From NCBI GenBank assembly GCA_964531785.1, contig CAZHFF010000002.1:29851-93850 (forward strand): 64,000 nt of DNA, given 5' to 3'. The DNA is from an uncultured Candidatus Saccharibacteria bacterium (GTDB lineage: Bacteria; Patescibacteriota; Minisyncoccia; Phycocordibacterales; UBA12088). The position numbers and the translations under genes are program-made. The stretch's first letter is position 1. The number at the start of each line of letters is the position of its first letter. The notes below the pieces were generated by a model that was given only the letters and a program-made list of their open reading frames with translations, was not told the origin of the DNA and did not search any database. Below, piece by piece: positions 18,500-27,195 of the stretch.

Positions 18500-19600
18500 A
18501 TGCTACGCGCATTGGTTCAGAACACCGTGCTTGCACTCGGTGCGCTATTGGCCCTGTTCCTCGGCTATTCGCTTTCATTCCCCGTTCTGATGCAAGCCGG
18601 GGTCGCGTGTCACGGCTACACGGCAAACGTTCCAGTCCCGGAGGGGTATGGTGCTGCGTACAATGTCCTCAGTGCCGCTCGAGAGCTCTTGGTGCAGGTT
18701 GAGTGTGACTCAAGCAGCGCAACGATGCGTGCCGGTAACGGGAACGAGAACGCATATGTCTATCGAGAGGGGTACGTCTGGCAGAACGGTTCCTGGCAGC
18801 GCGTAGGTCTGACAGGTGCCGCTCCGGTTGGGGACACGTGGTTCCGTGGCGAGGCGAACACCACGCTAAATCTCGTGCAGGGAACCTCATATGCGGTCGC
18901 ATTCACCTGTCTTTGGCACGAGAACGCCTGGAAATGCGGCTGTCGTGACCGCGAATGCACCCGTGCCTACTGGCAGCTGCAGGCATATACGAAGCCGAGT
19001 GCGGTCATGCCGACCGCGAACGAGCTGTTCCAGCAGTCAGGCGAGTTTGTTGCCGGGTACCTCTCGCTTGAGGCAGCTGCCCCTGGTACCCCCCTCACGC
19101 TCTACGGCAGCGGGTTGAACCGCGAGGTCACCCTCCGTTTTGGAGATCATATCGTGCGGCCGACCAGTGTCGGAGGCACGACCGCCGCCTGGTTCACGGT
19201 ACCGAACCTCACTCCTGGGGTGTATGAGGTCGACGTGGTACAGGGCAGCGATAGACGGGAGTTTCCATTGTATTTCGCCATTACGAGAAGTGGAGCTCAG
19301 CCGCCTGCGCTCGTGTCCGTGTCGCCGGACCGTGGTCCTGCAGAGGTCGAGGTGGTCCTCACCGGCATGAATTTTTCCCGCACCGGCAACTACATCATGT
19401 CCACCTTCGCGGTCGTGCCCAACGTTCCGAGCCCTGATGGTAAGACGCTCCGGGTCAAGTTGCCCAGTTTTCCTCGAGATCCTGAGCTCATCGGCTCACC
19501 CGAGAACAAGAACACGGGCACCTACTGGCCGGTAGGGGTCAAGGTGCTCAACGAGAACGGGATCACGCCGGTCCACGTAACGTACCTCATGCGCCTATGA
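18500..19600 (+). CDS. Secreted protein with C-terminal IPT/TIG-like Ig-fold repeats
   Basis: 366 aa. Two segments of the type P..L..YGSGL.. and PALVSVSPDRGPAEVEVVLTGMNFS. TATACT lies 6 nt before the ATG. Confidence 0.5.
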   Translation: MLRALVQNTVLALGALLALFLGYSLSFPVLMQAGVACHGYTANVPVPEGYGAAYNVLSAARELLVQVECDSSSATMRAGNGNENAYVYREGYVWQNGSWQRVGLTGAAPVGDTWFRGEANTTLNLVQGTSYAVAFTCLWHENAWKCGCRDRECTRAYWQLQAYTKPSAVMPTANELFQQSGEFVAGYLSLEAAAPGTPLTLYGSGLNREVTLRFGDHIVRPTSVGGTTAAWFTVPNLTPGVYEVDVVQGSDRREFPLYFAITRSGAQPPALVSVSPDRGPAEVEVVLTGMNFSRTGNYIMSTFAVVPNVPSPDGKTLRVKLPSFPRDPELIGSPENKNTGTYWPVGVKVLNENGITPVHVTYLMRL

Positions 19601-19983
19601 ACAGAAAAGCCCAAGCACTCCTGTTCGTGAGCCTGTTCTTTACCGGTGGGTTCGTATTCGGGCTTTGGGCACACACCACCAACGCCCAGTTCGCGGTCGG
19701 ACGGCCGTACGGAGGTGTCGTGCGGATGGTGTGGGAGTGTACCTGTTCTGCAGGTCTGTGGGTGGTGAGCGGGGGACCTGTTCCCTCATCTACTCTGGTG
19801 CGTCCGAAGCCTGCTGCGGCCGGCGGAGCGCCTGGTATCTATAGCTTTTTCGTCCATCGGCCAGGTAGCTGGCAGCTCGGTCTCAGTATCCCGTGTGATA
19901 TCTGTCGGACCGCGCGTCTCTGCAAGCCGCTTCCGACGACGGGCGAGGTTGGCTTGTGCGGTATCGTTGGTACCTCTTACTAG
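19597..19983 (+). CDS. Small secreted/membrane-anchored Cys-containing protein
   Basis: 128 aa, N-terminal hydrophobic helix and 7 Cys. 4-nt overlap with the upstream gene. Confidence 0.5.
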   Translation: MNRKAQALLFVSLFFTGGFVFGLWAHTTNAQFAVGRPYGGVVRMVWECTCSAGLWVVSGGPVPSSTLVRPKPAAAGGAPGIYSFFVHRPGSWQLGLSIPCDICRTARLCKPLPTTGEVGLCGIVGTSY

Positions 19984-20751
19984 CTAGTCTTTACTGAGGC
20001 ACTGCCAGGCGGTAAACGGGATATCTTCGGGTCGAGCATGGCTCGGGATGCCGCATGCTTCCATACGTTCCGGCGTCGCAAGGCCCCGTAGCGTGCCCGC
20101 GAGCTGTTTCCGTTTACTACTGAAACCAGCATGTACGAGCGCAAAAAAGCGCTTCTCTTCCTCGGGACTCCTGAACCGGTCGCGTGTTATTCCTCGGATA
20201 CGGAGGATCGCTGAATCGACCTTGGGTGGGGGTGAAAAACTGCCCGCCTTGACCGTTCGGACATACTCCGGCGTACCATATGCCGTTACGCTGAGCGACA
20301 AGATCGATTGCTTGCCCTGCTTTGCGACCACGCGCTCGGCGACCTCCCGCTGCACCAAGAGCGCCATGCGGTCAGGCTGGTGTTGACTTGTGAGAAAGCT
20401 GCGCAAGATGTGTCCGGTGAGATAGTACGGGATGTTGGCCGCGAGAACATACGGTGCATGTGCCAGCTGCGGGCAGGCCGCTGGGTCGAACGTACGTATG
20501 TCGGATTCGATGAGAACGAGCGTTCCGAGGCTTATCTCGTCGGAAAAACGGGCCGAGAGCTCTCGCACGAGCGCAGGATCCTTCTCTACCGCAACGACTC
20601 GCCGTGCATGCCGCACGAGCTCGCGGGTCAAGATCCCGTGTCCCGGGCCTATTTCGAGGACCAAACCGTTCTCAGCTAGCTCGGCCGCATCAGCTACCCA
20701 AGCGGCGATCTCTGGTCGTGTTAAAAAGTGTTGGCCGAGTCGTTGTCCCAT
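19984..20751 (-). CDS. rsmA: 16S rRNA (adenine1518/1519-N6)-dimethyltransferase
   Basis: 255 aa. LGQHFL..., SAM motif VLEIGPGHGILT and NIPYYLT. Confidence 0.9.
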   Translation of the reverse strand: MGQRLGQHFLTRPEIAAWVADAAELAENGLVLEIGPGHGILTRELVRHARRVVAVEKDPALVRELSARFSDEISLGTLVLIESDIRTFDPAACPQLAHAPYVLAANIPYYLTGHILRSFLTSQHQPDRMALLVQREVAERVVAKQGKQSILSLSVTAYGTPEYVRTVKAGSFSPPPKVDSAILRIRGITRDRFRSPEEEKRFFALVHAGFSSKRKQLAGTLRGLATPERMEACGIPSHARPEDIPFTAWQCLSKD

Positions 20752-20844
20752 AGAAATGGAGTGGGCCGCCTTGGGTGGCGGCCACTAGTTATACTGGTGC
20801 ATTGTTCCCCCACAATGCTGGGCAAGCCATGCTAGCTTGCTGAT

Positions 20845-21264
20845 CTACCGAGGGGCATACCCGCTCGGCGGCTCCGCCTCGTACATGCAGCGCTGGTACG
20901 CCGCATTGGCCACCTGCTGCAGCTCGGGGCTGAGTTGACTGCTGAACAGGGCGCCGCCTGCCCCAGCTGACACGATGAGCGGCAGCGCTGCCGCGATCGC
21001 GCGTCCGGGGTTTAAGCCAAAACCAAAGCCCATAGCAGCGGTTGCAACGGTCGCAACTCCTGCGGTCACCGCACCGCTTTTCACCATCCGGCTCTGGTTT
21101 TCTTTCTTCTGGGCCTCTGCGACCTTCAGGGCCTCGGCTTCGCACCGGTCATGGTGCGGGCTTTGGGTGTTTGCCGAGCTTACCTGGCTTGGCATCTGCA
21201 CCGTGCCGCACGCCGACACGAGCAGTGTTGCGGCCACAAGGGCCGCCACTCCCTTCTTTACCAT
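20845..21264 (-). CDS. Lipoprotein with glycine-zipper-like C-terminal half
   Basis: 139 aa. Lipobox LLVSAC and the hydrophobic Gly/Ala-rich segment AAMGFGFGLNPGRAIAAALPLIVSAGAGGA. Confidence 0.6.
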   Translation of the reverse strand: MVKKGVAALVAATLLVSACGTVQMPSQVSSANTQSPHHDRCEAEALKVAEAQKKENQSRMVKSGAVTAGVATVATAAMGFGFGLNPGRAIAAALPLIVSAGAGGALFSSQLSPELQQVANAAYQRCMYEAEPPSGYAPR

Positions 21265-21475
21265 CTTTTATCTCCGTCTCGGTATTGCTGGGCACCATGC
21301 CCGTTCTGGCTCGCCGAGGATATCGAGCGCAGAGAAACACTCCCTTACCGTGGGAGGATTTTTCTACGCTCGAGGATCAGAGCGGTAGGCGCGTCTAGGG
21401 GCGTTCCCTGAAAAAACCATACTACAGTTCTTGCGCGTGTGCAAGGGTTCGTGGTTCATGACGCTGGCGCCGTGG

Positions 21476-23404
21476 CTACTCAAGATACACGACCTTGGTC
21501 GGGGAGGTGCTCGGCAGTTCCGATTCAAGGTATTCAGGATCGAGCTCCAGGAGGAATTCCGAGGGAATACGGGGTGTGCGCACACCGAACACGGTCCGCA
21601 TCTGCGCGTATGAGAAGTACACACGTTCTTTTGCTCGGGTTATGGCTACATAGAAGAGCCGACGCTCCTCCTCGTCGTCCGCTTGGGGCTCGTTCCGTTC
21701 ATGGGGGAAGAGTCCCTCTTCGAGTCCGGTTATGAACACCTGTGCGAATTCAAGACCCTTCGCGGCATGGACGGTCATGAGCGCTACTGCGGCGGCGTTC
21801 TTATGCGGGGCGTCTAGTTCGTCCTGGTCGGACATGAGCGCTGCATCCTCGAGTAATCGCTCAACTCCTGCGGGAGGTTCGAGGTGGTCATAGCGCGTCG
21901 CTGCAAGGGACACGAGCTCGCGGACGTTCTGGAGCCGTTCCTGATCCTCCTCCCGGTCGCTCGTAAGTGCGGCTGCGATACCGCTCTGCTCGATCAGGTG
22001 CGTGAGCACGACGGACAATGGTTCGGTCTTTGCTTTCTCCGCGGTCGAAGTGAGCAAGGTCTGGAACCGGAGCACCTTGTCCCGGGCGCCGCTCGGCAGG
22101 CTGGCAAATCCAGAGGTGAAGAGTTTATCGACCGTAACTTTTCCTATGCCTCGCGGTGGCACGTTGATGATGCGTCGCACGTCGGACTCGCACTGCGGAT
22201 TCTGCGCCGCACGAAGGTATGACAGGACGTCCTTGACCTCGGCCCGGTCGAAGAATCGGGTGCCGAGCACGCGGTGAGGGAGGCCGGCAGCGAGGAACGC
22301 GTCTTCAAGGATGCGCGATTGGAAGTTCGCGCGATACAGCACCGCGATCTCGCTCGCAGGCACCCCTTTGTCAAGCAGGGCCCGGGTACGCTCTACCACC
22401 CACTCGGCCTCGTGGCGCTCGTCGAAACAGGCGACACAGACGAGCTTTTCTCCGGGGGGATTCGCGGTAAAGAGCGTCTTACTGCGCCGACGGCGGTTGC
22501 GGGCGATGATCGCGTTCGATACTGCAATGATCGTCCCACTCGAGCGGTAGTTCTCTTCGAGCTTGAGAACGGTCGCATCAGGGAAATGGGTTTCAAAATC
22601 AAGGATGTTCTGTATCGTCGAGCCCCTCCATGAGTAGACGTTCTGGTCGATGTCACCGACGCAGAACAGGTTGGTGTGCGATGCGGAGAGTGCCCGCACC
22701 ATCTCGAACTGCACACCATTGGTGTCCTGGTACTCATCGACGTGGACGTAGCGCCAGCGCTCGTTGAGCTTGTTGCGGACGTCTGGGTGTTTCCGGAGCA
22801 GATCGAGGCCCAAAAGCAGCAGATCATCGAAATCGAGCGCCTGCTCTTTCCGTAGCAGACTCTCGTAGTGTGCCCAGACATCGCTCACGATGCGGTCGTA
22901 GTAATGGTTCCCTGCACGCTCGCCAAAGCGTTCACGGGAGAGTGCGGCTCCCTTTGCACGCGAAATGGCACCAAGCACCGATCGGGCATCGAACCGTTTC
23001 TCGTCCTCGCCGGCGTGTTTGAGCGCGGTCTTGACCGCTCGTAGCGAGTCGCTGCGGTCGAAGATGGTGAAATTCCGGGACAGTCCTAGGATGGCAGCAT
23101 GTTCGCGCAGGAGCTGTACGGAAAGTGCGTGGAACGTGGCCACCGTGGGGCGACCCCGACCCTCGCTCGCCCCGTGTTCGCGAAGGAGGTGGAGCACCCG
23201 CTCGCGCATCTCTCGTGCCGCTTTGTTCGTGAAGGTTATAGCAAGAATGCGCTCCGGCGGCGTACCGTTCTTGACAAGATGCACGATCCTATGGGCTATC
23301 GTTCTCGTCTTGCCAGCTCCTGCCCCAGCGAGCACGAGCACCGGCCCCTCGGTCGCCAGCACAGCCTTTTTCTGCGCTTCGTTAAGCCCTTTCGTGTGAT
23401 CCAT
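21476..23404 (-). CDS. uvrD: UvrD/PcrA/Rep-family ATP-dependent DNA helicase
   Basis: 642 aa. LNEAQKKAV, Walker A AGAGAGKTRT, DEYQDTN, VGDIDQNVYSWRG and TVHAAKGLEF. Confidence 0.9.
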   Translation of the reverse strand: MDHTKGLNEAQKKAVLATEGPVLVLAGAGAGKTRTIAHRIVHLVKNGTPPERILAITFTNKAAREMRERVLHLLREHGASEGRGRPTVATFHALSVQLLREHAAILGLSRNFTIFDRSDSLRAVKTALKHAGEDEKRFDARSVLGAISRAKGAALSRERFGERAGNHYYDRIVSDVWAHYESLLRKEQALDFDDLLLLGLDLLRKHPDVRNKLNERWRYVHVDEYQDTNGVQFEMVRALSASHTNLFCVGDIDQNVYSWRGSTIQNILDFETHFPDATVLKLEENYRSSGTIIAVSNAIIARNRRRRSKTLFTANPPGEKLVCVACFDERHEAEWVVERTRALLDKGVPASEIAVLYRANFQSRILEDAFLAAGLPHRVLGTRFFDRAEVKDVLSYLRAAQNPQCESDVRRIINVPPRGIGKVTVDKLFTSGFASLPSGARDKVLRFQTLLTSTAEKAKTEPLSVVLTHLIEQSGIAAALTSDREEDQERLQNVRELVSLAATRYDHLEPPAGVERLLEDAALMSDQDELDAPHKNAAAVALMTVHAAKGLEFAQVFITGLEEGLFPHERNEPQADDEEERRLFYVAITRAKERVYFSYAQMRTVFGVRTPRIPSEFLLELDPEYLESELPSTSPTKVVYLE

Positions 23405-23515
23405 GGAACTGCCATTCTACCACACAATGGGTCTAGATACGTGGCTTTGTTGAGCCGTATAATGTATATATGGCCCAGTTAAGCCTCCTATTATGAATTC
23501 AGTGTGAATTTCGGC

Positions 23516-23543
23516 TTGACGGGGGGTGGTGCCCGTTTATAGT
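23516..23543 (+). promoter_or_regulatory. Sigma70-type promoter (TTGACG-16 nt-TATAGT) preceding a ~160-nt leader
   Basis: Hexamers read directly from the sequence. The next plausible start codon is at 23710. Confidence 0.5.
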
Positions 23544-23709
23544 TATCCTATCGTCTGAATATCGGACCGCCCTGCCCTTGTGGCAAGACTGCTACGGCTG
23601 CGTGACCCTTCCTAGGCTTATAACGTCATCAAACGACCAGGACCCTCGACGTAGCTCGATCGGCAGAGCACACGAGACGACACAAGAGAGAACACTACGG
23701 CAGCAGTTC

Positions 23710-24726
23710 ATGCGCCGGGCTTTCACAGCAGTAGTCATGTTCGGTGTATTCATCGGCACGTACCATGTGGTACATGCCGGTTTTTTCAATCTACTTGGCG
23801 TTCCTGCAGAGCGACTCCCTGAAACAGCAGTCCCGGCCGTTGGCACGCTCACGTTGCTCGAAGCAGCCAAGAACATTGATCCGAACCCGTCGCGGGGAGG
23901 TGCTGAGCTTCGGGTAGTACAGGGAGCCGCGCTCCAAACGGAGATCATACCGGGTAGCGCACGTGATACCACGGTACGACCGCCATCGTCAGCGGACCAG
24001 ATCGCTATTCACCGGGTCGACGAAGGAGAGTCGCTCTCACGCATCGCCGAGATGTTCGGCGTGTCGGTCAGCACGATCGTTTGGGCGAACGCGCTCAAGA
24101 GCGATACGGATATCCGCCCTGGCGACGAGCTTCTGATCCTGCCCATCTCCGGCGTCCAACATACGGTACAGAAAGGCGATACCCTGGCATCGGTCGCAAA
24201 AAAATATGGCGGTAATAAGGAAGAGATCATCGCCTATAATGGGCTCGCCGATTCCGGCACGCTCGCGGTCGGGTCAACGATCACCATACCGGGCGGGGAG
24301 ATCGTGGTCGAAACACCAAAAGCAACGATCAAGGTGGCGGCCCAGACAGGACTCAAGGGTGCCACAGGCGCGCAGAGCGTATCGGGGTACTTCATCCATC
24401 CTCTACCGGGAAGCGTGCGGACCCAGGGTCTCCATGGATACAATGGCGTAGACTTCGGTGCGGGTGCCGGCACGCCGATCCGTGCCGCTGCAGGAGGTAC
24501 TGTCATCGTTTCACGTGCTGGTGGATGGAACGGCGGATATGGCACGTACGTTGTGATCGACCACGCGAACGGCACCCAGACACTATACGCACACAATAGC
24601 AAGAACGAGGTCTGGCAGGGGCAAAAGGTGTCCCAGGGTGATATCATCGGCTATGTTGGAAATACCGGTCGCTCGACCGGGAACCACCTCCACTTCGAGG
24701 TGCGCGGAGCCAAGAACCCGTTCTAG
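23710..24726 (+). CDS. LysM-domain M23 family metallopeptidase (peptidoglycan hydrolase)
   Basis: Two LysM repeats (HRVDEGESLSRIAEMFGVS.., HTVQKGDTLASVAKKYG..) and an M23 core (HGYNGVDFGA...GNTGRSTGNHLHFEV). I moved the start to MRRAFTAVVMFGV (signal/TM); the track ORF begins at 23578. Confidence 0.85.
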   Translation: MRRAFTAVVMFGVFIGTYHVVHAGFFNLLGVPAERLPETAVPAVGTLTLLEAAKNIDPNPSRGGAELRVVQGAALQTEIIPGSARDTTVRPPSSADQIAIHRVDEGESLSRIAEMFGVSVSTIVWANALKSDTDIRPGDELLILPISGVQHTVQKGDTLASVAKKYGGNKEEIIAYNGLADSGTLAVGSTITIPGGEIVVETPKATIKVAAQTGLKGATGAQSVSGYFIHPLPGSVRTQGLHGYNGVDFGAGAGTPIRAAAGGTVIVSRAGGWNGGYGTYVVIDHANGTQTLYAHNSKNEVWQGQKVSQGDIIGYVGNTGRSTGNHLHFEVRGAKNPF

Positions 24727-24762
24727 TTCCTCTGGGCACCGGGTTATGGTTAACTGTGTGGT

Positions 24763-25218
24763 ATGGAGTACCGCATTGGGCTGCAAACCACACCGTTCAC
24801 CGACGCTGAATTCCGGTCGTACGTCCTACTCCTTGCAACGCTCGATGCCGCACGGCTCGTGTCACGTGCTGCGGTGGATGCCTTGATCAGTGCTGCGTCG
24901 GAGCATGTAGCGGTCGCAACGACCAGTGACGGTGTCCTTGTTGGCACCGCACGGCTCCACGTACAGCCGGAGCCTGAAGGTAGCTCGGCGCGCATCGAAG
25001 ATGTCGTGGTAGCTGAAGCGCACCGCCGGCAGGGTATCGCACATCGCATGCTCATGCTGCTCGAGGAGCAGGCAGGGCTGCAGGACGTCCTTTGGTGTGA
25101 ACTCACCAGTAAGCCGTTTCGCACTGCTGCCCACGAGCTCTATCGATCGCATGGGTATGGTAACGTCGACACGTTTGTTTTCGTAAAGCACTTGCAGAAT
25201 CGCGGCAATGCTCATTGA
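24763..25218 (+). CDS. GNAT family N-acetyltransferase
   Basis: 151 aa with an acetyl-CoA motif, IEDVVVAEAHRRQGIAHRML. Confidence 0.75.
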   Translation: MEYRIGLQTTPFTDAEFRSYVLLLATLDAARLVSRAAVDALISAASEHVAVATTSDGVLVGTARLHVQPEPEGSSARIEDVVVAEAHRRQGIAHRMLMLLEEQAGLQDVLWCELTSKPFRTAAHELYRSHGYGNVDTFVFVKHLQNRGNAH

Positions 25219-26185
25219 CCCTCTGTGGTCCGCGTGGTTAAGTGTAGCCAGATCACATCAAGGGAGTCGTAGCGTGCGTTCTTACATCGAACCTACCGAC
25301 GCAACGCCGTTTTTCCGGGGCAAAGTTCGTTCGACCTACCTGACCAATTGGCGAGGGTACCTATACCAGGTTGCTGAGGATCGGGTCAGTACCCATAACG
25401 TGCAGCACCTAAGCCCCATCCCCGGGAAGGGCGAGGTGTTGACCATGCTAACGATATTCTGGCTCACCAAAGTGCTTGCGCACCTGCCACACCACCTGGT
25501 CTTCTGGGGCGCCGATATCTACAAGATGGTGCCCGAGGAGCTGCGCAAACAGTACCCGGAACTCCACTACCGGACGGTGGTGGTCGAACAACTGGCCATG
25601 GTTCCGGTCGAGTTCGTGTTCCGCAGGTATCTCGCCGGAAGTCTCTGGAGGCACTATGGTGCCGGTAGTGATCCGTACGGACTAGAGCTGCCGCCTAAGC
25701 TGCAGCTCATGACGCGGTTCGATGCGTGGGTGTTCACGCCGACCGACAAGAGTGCGACCGATGAGCCGCTCGACCATAAAGCGGTAGCTGCCGAACATCC
25801 AGAGGCGCTCGAGTTGGTCCTCGAGGCCATCCATACGGTCGAGCGTTTCCTTCGTCAATGCGGCATCACCTTGGTCGACACGAAGGACGAGGTCGGGTGG
25901 ACGACCGATGGCGAGGTGCTCCTCGCGGATGAGCTCTTTACGCCTGACTCGAGCCGATTTGCCGAGACGAACGACATTACCGAGGGACGAGCACCAGCAT
26001 GGCTCGATAAGCAGATCCTGCGGGATGAAGCAGAAGGACGGTGGGGACAGGGCCGTCGTGTGCCACTCAACTTCTCTGCGGAAGCGGTTGCCCGCACGGC
26101 ATACATCTACGACATGCTGCTCGAGCGGATCACCGGCAAAACCCGACACGCATGGAGAGCCGAACTTGATCAGGGTGGCAGTTAG
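25208..26185 (+). CDS. purC: SAICAR synthetase (PurC)-like ligase, divergent
   Basis: 325 aa. GKVRSTY, DRVSTHNV (canonical DRISAFD), IPGKGEVLT, VPVEFVFRRYLAGS, TKDEVG (canonical TKFEFG) and DELFTPDSSRF. Overlaps the GNAT stop. No other pur genes are in the window. Confidence 0.6.
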   Translation: MLIDPLWSAWLSVARSHQGSRSVRSYIEPTDATPFFRGKVRSTYLTNWRGYLYQVAEDRVSTHNVQHLSPIPGKGEVLTMLTIFWLTKVLAHLPHHLVFWGADIYKMVPEELRKQYPELHYRTVVVEQLAMVPVEFVFRRYLAGSLWRHYGAGSDPYGLELPPKLQLMTRFDAWVFTPTDKSATDEPLDHKAVAAEHPEALELVLEAIHTVERFLRQCGITLVDTKDEVGWTTDGEVLLADELFTPDSSRFAETNDITEGRAPAWLDKQILRDEAEGRWGQGRRVPLNFSAEAVARTAYIYDMLLERITGKTRHAWRAELDQGGS

Positions 26186-26202
26186 GCCTGAGCACACCCA
26201 TA

Positions 26203-26231
26203 ACGCCGCGTACATCGCGGCGTATTCCTTT
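26203..26231. terminator. Bidirectional hairpin between the purC-like gene and the displaced comM 3' fragment
   Basis: ACGCCGCG-tacat-CGCGGCGT, then ATTCCTTTC. Confidence 0.55.
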
Positions 26232-26550
26232 CCCTACTCAAACAGCCCCTTGGGCCGATACGTGAGCGCCTCGAGGACGTGCGGCTCCTCTACGCCCTCA
26301 CTGCCGCAGAGGTCAGCAATCGTCCGTGCGAGCTTCACGGTACGGTGGTAGCTCCTCGGTGAGAGCTTGAGATTGGTGGCAGCGCGGGTGAGCGTGGCCT
26401 CGGCTTTCGCGCTCAGTGCCGCTATTGTGTCGAGGTCGCGCACGGTCATGTCCGAGTTCGTTTTAGTAGGTGCTCCGTAGCGCGCGTGCTGCACACTTCG
26501 AGCGCGCTCGATGCGCGTGCGCACCGCCCTGCTCTCCCGTGGCGCTTCTC
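26232..26550. repeat. Direct repeat copy 1 (319 bp, identical by eye to 28577..28895)
   Basis: Base-by-base comparison of the two stretches (offset 2345 bp) found no mismatch. The copies diverge immediately outside both ends. Confidence 0.9.
26234..26524 (-). pseudogene. Displaced 3' fragment of comM/yifB (last 96 codons), no N-terminal part
   Basis: The 96-aa translation is identical to the C-terminus of ORF 28579..30099. It lies entirely inside repeat copy 1. Confidence 0.85.
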
Positions 26551-26615
26551 ATTGAACTAAACCAGATACTGCAGCGATATGATAGAATTTAGCAGAAAAG
26601 TGCTAGTCTAGAGCC

Positions 26616-27134
26616 ATGTCTAATGTATTTAAGCCCTTCAACAGCCCACTCCGAGAGGTGTACCGTACTTTTTCGTGCGCCGATCCGGGCGAGCTTGAGG
26701 AGCTCTACACTCGTGAGGACCAGAAGCACATGCATGCCGGCACATGGGACTACGCAAACACCGATCATACCTATAATCGCATTACTTCCGCGATTGAGGA
26801 GGTGGGCCTTGACGCTATTACTGACCCCAAGGAAAAATGTTGGATAGCGTCGTTGCTTTGGCTGTGGTATCACCATGCGATAGGCTGTGCTCTGTGGGTA
26901 CACGGTGACAAGAGACAGGCAAAGGTGTACGCCGAGCGTGCACTCACTCTCCAATCGTACTCACAGAATCACCCAAACAAAATTACACGGCTCCTCCATC
27001 TTCTGCTCACTGAGCAAGAAGCTGAAGCAGAGGCATGGACGGCAACCGTTACTGAAGAACCAGAACGCTCGTATGCTGCTTGGCTTATGGAAATCTACCT
27101 GAAAGGAGAATTTGCAAAAAAGTTGACTGATTAG
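26616..27134 (+). CDS. Hypothetical protein (island-borne), Trp/His-rich helical
   Basis: 172 aa with no recognised motifs. An extended -10 (TGATAGAAT) lies ~25 nt upstream, inside the island. Confidence 0.55.
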   Translation: MSNVFKPFNSPLREVYRTFSCADPGELEELYTREDQKHMHAGTWDYANTDHTYNRITSAIEEVGLDAITDPKEKCWIASLLWLWYHHAIGCALWVHGDKRQAKVYAERALTLQSYSQNHPNKITRLLHLLLTEQEAEAEAWTATVTEEPERSYAAWLMEIYLKGEFAKKLTD

Positions 27135-27195
27135 AGACCCTTTATTACAGTATGCCGAGGCAATAGTAGCTATTCTCAAGAGGAGTAACCTACCC

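Noticed and set aside
26234-26524. A 96-aa ORF that could be called as an independent small gene.
   Set aside because: It is 100% identical to the C-terminus of comM and lies wholly within the 319-bp duplicated segment. Its Met is an internal comM codon, so I treated it as a displaced gene fragment.
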